Assembly: GCA_046290225.1 (NCBI GenBank)
Contig: JBKAGE010000013.1
Coordinates: 1 to 43,815 of the forward strand
Direction: 5' to 3'
Length of the DNA: 43,815 nucleotides
Source: Bradymonadia bacterium
Lineage (GTDB): Bacteria > Myxococcota_A > Bradymonadia > UBA7976 > UBA1532
How positions within the stretch are numbered: position 1 is the first letter of the stretch; each line of letters starts with the position of its first letter. Shown piece by piece: positions 38,411 through 43,815 of the stretch. The position numbers and the translations under genes were made by a program. Below the pieces are notes generated by a model, which saw nothing but the letters and a program-made list of their open reading frames with translations, did no database searches and was not told the DNA's origin.

Positions 38411-39856
38411 CTACATCGAGATGCCCGCTCTCTCCAGCAGACTGTTCAATCGTGCGCGGGCCTCGGTGAGCGACTCGCGGTAATCGTCACTCTCGAGCAG
38501 GCTGCTCTGCACGTGACCGCGCTCTCCCTGCCAGCGGCCGTTCACCATGAGCCCCCACAGCGCTGGGGCGGTGTCGCTCATGACGAGGCTCTGGAGCGGG
38601 TCGAGGCAGGGCCACAGCGACGGGTGCTCTGGGTCCCAGATGGCGATGCTGGCCCTGCTGCCGGTCTCGATGACCCCGGTATTGAGCGCAGGATGCAGGC
38701 GACCCGGGACGGACCACACAGAGTTCAACAGCTTGTCGGGTTGCAAGTGGGGCAGGAGTGGCTTGCGCACTGCGTCGCGCTGAGCTCTGAGGGCGGGGGC
38801 AGGCGCCGCGCCGATGCGGAATCGCTGCCATAGATCGCCACCGTGGGTGCTGTAGCTGTGCCCCTGGCTCATGAGCCGCAACTCTTGCTGTACATTGTTC
38901 GTGTCGTTGCAGGCGCCACAGTCGCTGCCCACCGCCACCTGGAACCCGTCCGTGAGCCAGGGCTCGAGGTCCGTGGGGAACATGTACTGCGCCTGAGACC
39001 AGGGGCAGTGACCCAGCACATGACGCTCGGTGTTGAAGTAGCGTCGGCCGATGTCGCTCACGAGCTGGCTGTGCACGAGCAACCAGGCAGGGCCCGCGTC
39101 GAGGATTCCGAGCCGATGCAAGCGCACCGCAGGCTCGATGCCATGGCGGGTACGGCTGCGGGCGTACTCTTCCATGCTCTGGGCGAAGTGGGTGTGGATC
39201 GGCAGGTTGTGCTCAGTGGCGTATCGAGCAATGCGGCGCCAAAGCGGATCAGTCACCGTGTCGGTGGCGTGTGGTCCGAGGGCAGAGAAGATGCCATGGC
39301 TGGCGAAGCGCTCGCCGTTGATGGTCTCGAGAGCCGCCCAGGCCTTGCTCTCGGTGCTCTCGCCGAGGCCGCCCTTGTCCTGGAAGGTGGGGGCCACCAC
39401 GCCGGTGAGGCCGACGTCGAGCATGGCCTCGGCCACCTCGTCGCCGAAGTAGTAGTGATCCCAGACTGCGCCGGTGCCCGTGCACAGTGCGTCGTAGGCA
39501 CCCAGGCGGGCGAAGGCGCGGACATCACCAGGCTGCAGTGATTTCTCGAGCTGATAGAACAGCGCCTCCACCACATTGCCGGTGCGGGCGGCGAGACCGC
39601 CGATGCCGCGAAACGCTGTCATTGCCAGGTGGGTGTGGCTGTTCACCCAGGTAGGGGTGATCAGCTTGTCGCCCACATCGAGCACAGTGACGCCATCTTC
39701 ACTCTGCTCGTTGAAGGCCTCAAAGGCCGAGCGAAAGAGTGGGGTGACGTCAGCGAGTCGATCACCTTCGATGCGAATTTGGGCGGGTCCCACGCTCAGT
39801 GGCAGGGCTTGCCCCCCCAAAACCACTCGATCTGAGAAAAGGATCAAAGTGTCCAT
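38411..39856 (-). CDS. Amidohydrolase family (MtaD-like deaminase) protein
   Basis: NSHTH, GPHA, HTHFAQ and VGSD metal-binding motifs. Confidence 0.85.
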   Translation of the reverse strand: MDTLILFSDRVVLGGQALPLSVGPAQIRIEGDRLADVTPLFRSAFEAFNEQSEDGVTVLDVGDKLITPTWVNSHTHLAMTAFRGIGGLAARTGNVVEALFYQLEKSLQPGDVRAFARLGAYDALCTGTGAVWDHYYFGDEVAEAMLDVGLTGVVAPTFQDKGGLGESTESKAWAALETINGERFASHGIFSALGPHATDTVTDPLWRRIARYATEHNLPIHTHFAQSMEEYARSRTRHGIEPAVRLHRLGILDAGPAWLLVHSQLVSDIGRRYFNTERHVLGHCPWSQAQYMFPTDLEPWLTDGFQVAVGSDCGACNDTNNVQQELRLMSQGHSYSTHGGDLWQRFRIGAAPAPALRAQRDAVRKPLLPHLQPDKLLNSVWSVPGRLHPALNTGVIETGSRASIAIWDPEHPSLWPCLDPLQSLVMSDTAPALWGLMVNGRWQGERGHVQSSLLESDDYRESLTEARARLNSLLERAGISM

Positions 39857-39897
39857 GGCCTGTTCTCACGGTGAATGGGCCTGTGGACTTGAGGCGA

Positions 39898-40902
39898 TCA
39901 GCCCCCCCGGCAGACTGCCAGCGCAGTGTCACAGGCCCCACAATCATTGACTGCCTCGCAACCATTCTGGTTGAAGCAGTCGGCATACAGCAAAAATTGT
40001 CTTTGAGCTTCGAGCGTGCCGCCCTGCTGGCACTGCCGCTGACAGGCGAAGTCGTCACACTGCAGCACGCAGTCCATCACGTCGTTGCAGGGCGTCGCGC
40101 CAGGGGGAAAGCAGGCCTGATAGGCTTCGCCACACTGATTGATCAGGCATGCCGGATCGGCGCTGCCGGCACATTGAGAAGACACGCAATCTGCGACGGC
40201 CTGATATTGGGTTTGTGCGGTGACCTCGGCGTTGTCGATGCACCCCTGGGCGCAATTGGCGTCGATCTGGCTGTCCACGGTGCAGGTGCCATAAATGCAG
40301 AGGTCGATGGACTGACATGCGCTCGATGGGGTAGGCGATGGCCCTGGGCCAGGCCCCGGATCAGCCATGTCGGCAAAGCAGGCATTGAGCTCGGCGCCAC
40401 ACATGGACTGCTGACACTGGGCATTGCCGTCAGGGCACAAGGCCACCACACACTCGATGACGGCGTTGAAGAGGCCCTGACCCTCGGCGTCGCCCTGAGC
40501 CACACACGCGTCGAAGCAGCCCTGGTCGTTCCCACACGGGTTGGTGCAGGTGACGATGTCCGGGCAGGCCAGCCCTACAGGGCCACCGCCTCCACCAGCG
40601 CCTCCGGTGGGGGGCAACAGCATGCCTGCGTCGGGGTTCATGGGTGGTCGAGCGTTGGCGTCCTGAGCACATACAGGCCCCGTAGCGCTGTCGATGCACA
40701 GATAGCCCGTGGGGCAGCTGCCATCAGGGCAGGGCTGGCTGCAGTAGGCAGGGCCGCCTGTGGCGATGCAGAGGTTGCTCGAGCACTGAGAGGGCCCCTC
40801 GCAGATCGAGCCCAGCGGCAGGTCTGCGGGCCCACCATCCTGGGTGGCGCAGCCGGAGAGGCTCACCATCATCACCCACGCTGCAAGGGATCCACCGCGC
40901 AT
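39898..40902 (-). CDS. Cys-rich lipoprotein with repeated C-x3-C helical units
   Basis: GAGGAGG RBS; lipobox LSGC; YCSQPC and repeated CxxxC motifs. Confidence 0.7.
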   Translation of the reverse strand: MRGGSLAAWVMMVSLSGCATQDGGPADLPLGSICEGPSQCSSNLCIATGGPAYCSQPCPDGSCPTGYLCIDSATGPVCAQDANARPPMNPDAGMLLPPTGGAGGGGGPVGLACPDIVTCTNPCGNDQGCFDACVAQGDAEGQGLFNAVIECVVALCPDGNAQCQQSMCGAELNACFADMADPGPGPGPSPTPSSACQSIDLCIYGTCTVDSQIDANCAQGCIDNAEVTAQTQYQAVADCVSSQCAGSADPACLINQCGEAYQACFPPGATPCNDVMDCVLQCDDFACQRQCQQGGTLEAQRQFLLYADCFNQNGCEAVNDCGACDTALAVCRGG

Positions 40903-40928
40903 CTGACCTCCTCGAGAGCGACTCGACG

Positions 40929-42158
40929 TCAACGCCGCCTGACGATGCCCAAACCCAGAAGCATCATCAGCGCGATCAAGGTACCTGATCCAGGGTGGCC
41001 ATGGGCAGCGACACAGCTGCCGCCTCCACCATCTCCGCTCTCACCGCCATCTCCATCAGGCAACCGCGACACCCCGCCTCCGCCATCGACGTCTTCCATG
41101 GGCACGCCGCCGGCGTCAGGGGTCTCGTCGGGGATGCCCTGATCAGGATCTTCCATGGGGCGATCGTCGGAGATGTCACAGGCGTCGCCGAGGCCATCCT
41201 CGTCGATGTCTTCCTGGCCTGCGTTGGCGACGTCGGGGCAGTTGTCGAAGGTGTCGTCCACACCATCACCATCGTCGTCGAGGATCTCGGTGATGCCGCT
41301 GGTGACCCATGCGTGCGGGCTGTACCCCCCTTGCTCTGAAGCCACGAGGCCCACCTGACGCAACCAGTCACCCCAGTTGTAGACCGCAGAGTAGATGGGG
41401 AAGTCGCAGTTGCCGCCGCCGCGAGAGAGAGCGCCAAGGACGCGACCCTGGGCGTCGAGGGCGGGCCCCCCGGAGTCGCCTTCGCAGGTGCCGTCGTTGC
41501 CGATCCACTCCTTGCGGGTGACTGGGGCGCCGCCGAGCACGCAGTCCTGGCCCTCGCAGATCACCTCTCGATCCCGAATGATGCGCCGTGTGCCGGCACC
41601 GCTCCCGTCACCGACATGGCCATAGCCGACGGCGTCGAAACGCTCACCGGCTTCCACAGGGGCGTCGACTCGGGGCACGAGGGGGATGGCCTCGGTGGTG
41701 GGGATGTTCTCGGTGAGGATCAAGACGGCGATGTCGTCGCCACACAAATCACCGCCCTCGTCGGGCACGATGACGTCGCTCACCCGGTAGTAGTCCCGAG
41801 GGTTGAAGGGCAACTCAGGCTCGGTGGTGACGAGGAGCAGAGACGAGATGAAGGGCTCTTCGAATGTGGTCTCACCACAGATGACGCCGCCCTCTGGTGA
41901 GTCGGCGACGCAGTGCTGGGCGGTGATGACCATGTTGGGCGCCACCAGTGATCCGGTGCATCCGCTGATGCCGAAGCTGCGCTGGATGGCGATGCCCACG
42001 ACGGCGGTGTGCTCTTCATCCCGCTCGCCGCCCTTGATGGCCTGGCTGCTGCTGGCCGTTCCGGGCAAGACGATGGGATCACCGTGTTGTGGCAAGTCGC
42101 TGCTGCACCCACCGAGCAGCGCGCCGCTGCAGATGCCCCAAATCAACGTCTGCTTCAT
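40929..42158 (-). CDS. Trypsin-like (S1) serine protease with TSP3-like Ca-binding repeats and a MYXO-CTERM sorting tail
   Basis: Catalytic triad TAQHC / DIAVL / GDSGGP; DNCPDVAN..D.D.DGLGDACD; C-terminal GSC..hydrophobic..RRR. Confidence 0.9.
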   Translation of the reverse strand: MKQTLIWGICSGALLGGCSSDLPQHGDPIVLPGTASSSQAIKGGERDEEHTAVVGIAIQRSFGISGCTGSLVAPNMVITAQHCVADSPEGGVICGETTFEEPFISSLLLVTTEPELPFNPRDYYRVSDVIVPDEGGDLCGDDIAVLILTENIPTTEAIPLVPRVDAPVEAGERFDAVGYGHVGDGSGAGTRRIIRDREVICEGQDCVLGGAPVTRKEWIGNDGTCEGDSGGPALDAQGRVLGALSRGGGNCDFPIYSAVYNWGDWLRQVGLVASEQGGYSPHAWVTSGITEILDDDGDGVDDTFDNCPDVANAGQEDIDEDGLGDACDISDDRPMEDPDQGIPDETPDAGGVPMEDVDGGGGVSRLPDGDGGESGDGGGGSCVAAHGHPGSGTLIALMMLLGLGIVRRR

Positions 42159-42272
42159 CTGATACCTGTCGTGCGATGCTCGAATGGCATATCTGCCGTT
42201 GAGCATGTGAAAAAGGGCGCACAGGTTAGCAGAAGTGATGGGGGATTTCAGGCGATGACGATCTGTGGCCAG

Positions 42273-42302
42273 TGCACTTCACCAGCACTGTGGTGAAGTG
42301 CA
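42273..42302. terminator. 12-bp perfect hairpin downstream of the EAL gene
   Basis: TGCACTTCACCA-gcactg-TGGTGAAGTGCA. Confidence 0.5.
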
Positions 42303-42337
42303 GGGGGTGCTCAAGTCAACGTCAGCTCGGCCGTCTG

Positions 42338-43549
42338 CTACAGCGACAGGGGTCCGCTGTTGTCCTGGCTACCGGCCAGGCTCTTGGGCACCCACTGCTC
42401 GGTGAGCGAGACGATGTGAGCCAGGGGGGCCGGCCGCGCGAAGAAGAAGCCCTGGGCCAGCTGCACCCCCATATCTCTGAGGGCTCGGCCCTGTGCGGGC
42501 TCTTCGATGCCCTCGGCGACGATGGTCATGTCGAGGCCCTGGGCGAGGCCGATGATCGATCGCACCAGCGAATGACTCGACTCGTCGACGAGCATCGACT
42601 GTACGAAGGAGCGATCGATCTTCAACGTGTCGGCAGGCAGGCTGTGCAGATACGACAACGACGAGTATCCAGTGCCGAAGTCGTCGATGGCCACGCTGGC
42701 GCCTCGCTGCCGCAACGCCTTGAGCACCCGCCGGGCGGTCTCTGGCGAGTGCATCAACAGAGACTCGGTGATCTCAAGCTTGAGCTGGCTCGGTGTGCGA
42801 TCGAGGGCGGCGAGGGTGGCGTCGATGTAGGCGAGAAAGTCCGGGGCGGCGAAGTCCTTGCCCGAGAAGTTCACGCTCACGAAGCGATCGGTGCCGAGGG
42901 CGCCGAGATCGGTGCACGCCTGCTGAAACGCCCACCGCGTCATGGGGATGATGAGCCCACACCGCTCGGCGGCGCCGATGAAGGCGCCGGGGTAGATGAG
43001 GCCCCGCTCGGGGTGCCGCCACCGAATCAAAGCCTCGTAGCCTGCGATCTGGCCATCTTGCAGATCGACGATGGGCTGGTACCACAACTCGAACTGGTCC
43101 TGGTCGAGGGCGGTCTGCAAGGCCTGCTCGAGCCGGATGGCGGACAAGGCCTGTGAGAGGGCCTCGTCGTTGATGAGGGGCCGGTCGAACTCGAGCGTGT
43201 TGCGCTGGGTGAGCCTGCGCAGGGTGTCTCTCAGGTGGCTGAGGAGCACGTTCATGCACATGCGCAAGATGGGATCGGCCCGCTCGATCCGCTGGTTGAG
43301 CTGATCGCGGGTGATGATGAGCAATGTGGTGTCGGTCATGGCCCTCGCACCGGCGGAGCGAGGCTCGTCGTCGATGATGGCCATCTCGCCGAACAGATCA
43401 CCCCCGGTTCGGGTGGCGAGCTGGACTCGGGTGTTGCGCTTGCCGGCAAAGATCTCGACCTTGCCGTGCTCGACGACATACGCGCAGTCACCGACGTCGC
43501 CTTCTTCGAAGATGATTTCGCCTGCAGCGAACTTTCGCCTGAACTCCAT
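42338..43549 (-). CDS. cNMP-binding + EAL domain c-di-GMP phosphodiesterase
   Basis: cNMP motif FGEMAIIDDEPRSA; intact YEAL, EITES and DDFGTGYSS; alternative start at 43579/43582. Confidence 0.92.
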   Translation of the reverse strand: MEFRRKFAAGEIIFEEGDVGDCAYVVEHGKVEIFAGKRNTRVQLATRTGGDLFGEMAIIDDEPRSAGARAMTDTTLLIITRDQLNQRIERADPILRMCMNVLLSHLRDTLRRLTQRNTLEFDRPLINDEALSQALSAIRLEQALQTALDQDQFELWYQPIVDLQDGQIAGYEALIRWRHPERGLIYPGAFIGAAERCGLIIPMTRWAFQQACTDLGALGTDRFVSVNFSGKDFAAPDFLAYIDATLAALDRTPSQLKLEITESLLMHSPETARRVLKALRQRGASVAIDDFGTGYSSLSYLHSLPADTLKIDRSFVQSMLVDESSHSLVRSIIGLAQGLDMTIVAEGIEEPAQGRALRDMGVQLAQGFFFARPAPLAHIVSLTEQWVPKSLAGSQDNSGPLSL

Positions 43550-43815
43550 GTTCCTCTCCCGAGCATGGACCACCTGCATCACCCCTCTCCTGATGCGGGT
43601 GTTTCAAGAGGGCACAACGGCGTACACCGTTGCGGGCTTGATGGGTGGGCACAGCAAGGGGAACACTTTACCTTTTGAGTGGGGGGGATTGCATCTCTTG
43701 GGGCGCTCCGCGGGTAAGAGAGTTTTTCGGGCACGGGCACGGACTCTCTATCAATTCGCAACCCCCCTTTTGAGGGTAGGTTTTGTGGTGTAGCGGAGGA
43801 CAAGCCAAACCAGGA

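Noticed and set aside
39799..41142. 447-aa plus-strand ORF
   Set aside because: Antisense to the Cys-rich lipoprotein and protease genes, with no recognisable domain

Overview
High-GC bacterial chromosomal window, most likely from the phylum Myxococcota: it encodes a CglF/GltF gliding-motility homologue, a MYXO-CTERM-tailed trypsin, several Cys-rich lipoproteins and a eukaryote-like Ser/Thr kinase. About 40 CDS can be supported. Housekeeping genes include hemF, fbaB, argC, rplM-rpsI, a serA-like dehydrogenase and moeB. Signalling genes include a histidine kinase with a sigma54 response regulator, a FIST + GAF pair, a cNMP-EAL protein and TetR. No transposase, integrase, CRISPR array or rRNA is visible. 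The unusual signals are mostly intergenic: (1) a tRNA-Glu-like cloverleaf with an 8-nt anticodon loop, unpaired acceptor positions 1-3 and a plausible promoter of its own (9648-9721); (2) a ~470-bp nested GTAG-type REP/REPIN-like palindrome whose two arms keep hairpins despite different sequence (27382-27849), with a related solo copy at 12258-12316; (3) a 1.3-kb accessory patch (18180-19500) holding a truncated gene remnant, a ribbon-helix-helix gene behind a LexA-like box, and a convergent small hydrophobic ORF with fold-back potential; (4) a long, structured rplM-rpsI spacer. Two signalling proteins look catalytically dead: a pseudokinase and a His-less GAF partner of a FIST/NosP-like sensor. 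All calls come from reading motifs by eye; no searches or folding computations were run, and several start codons were re-assigned from RBS or signal-peptide evidence.
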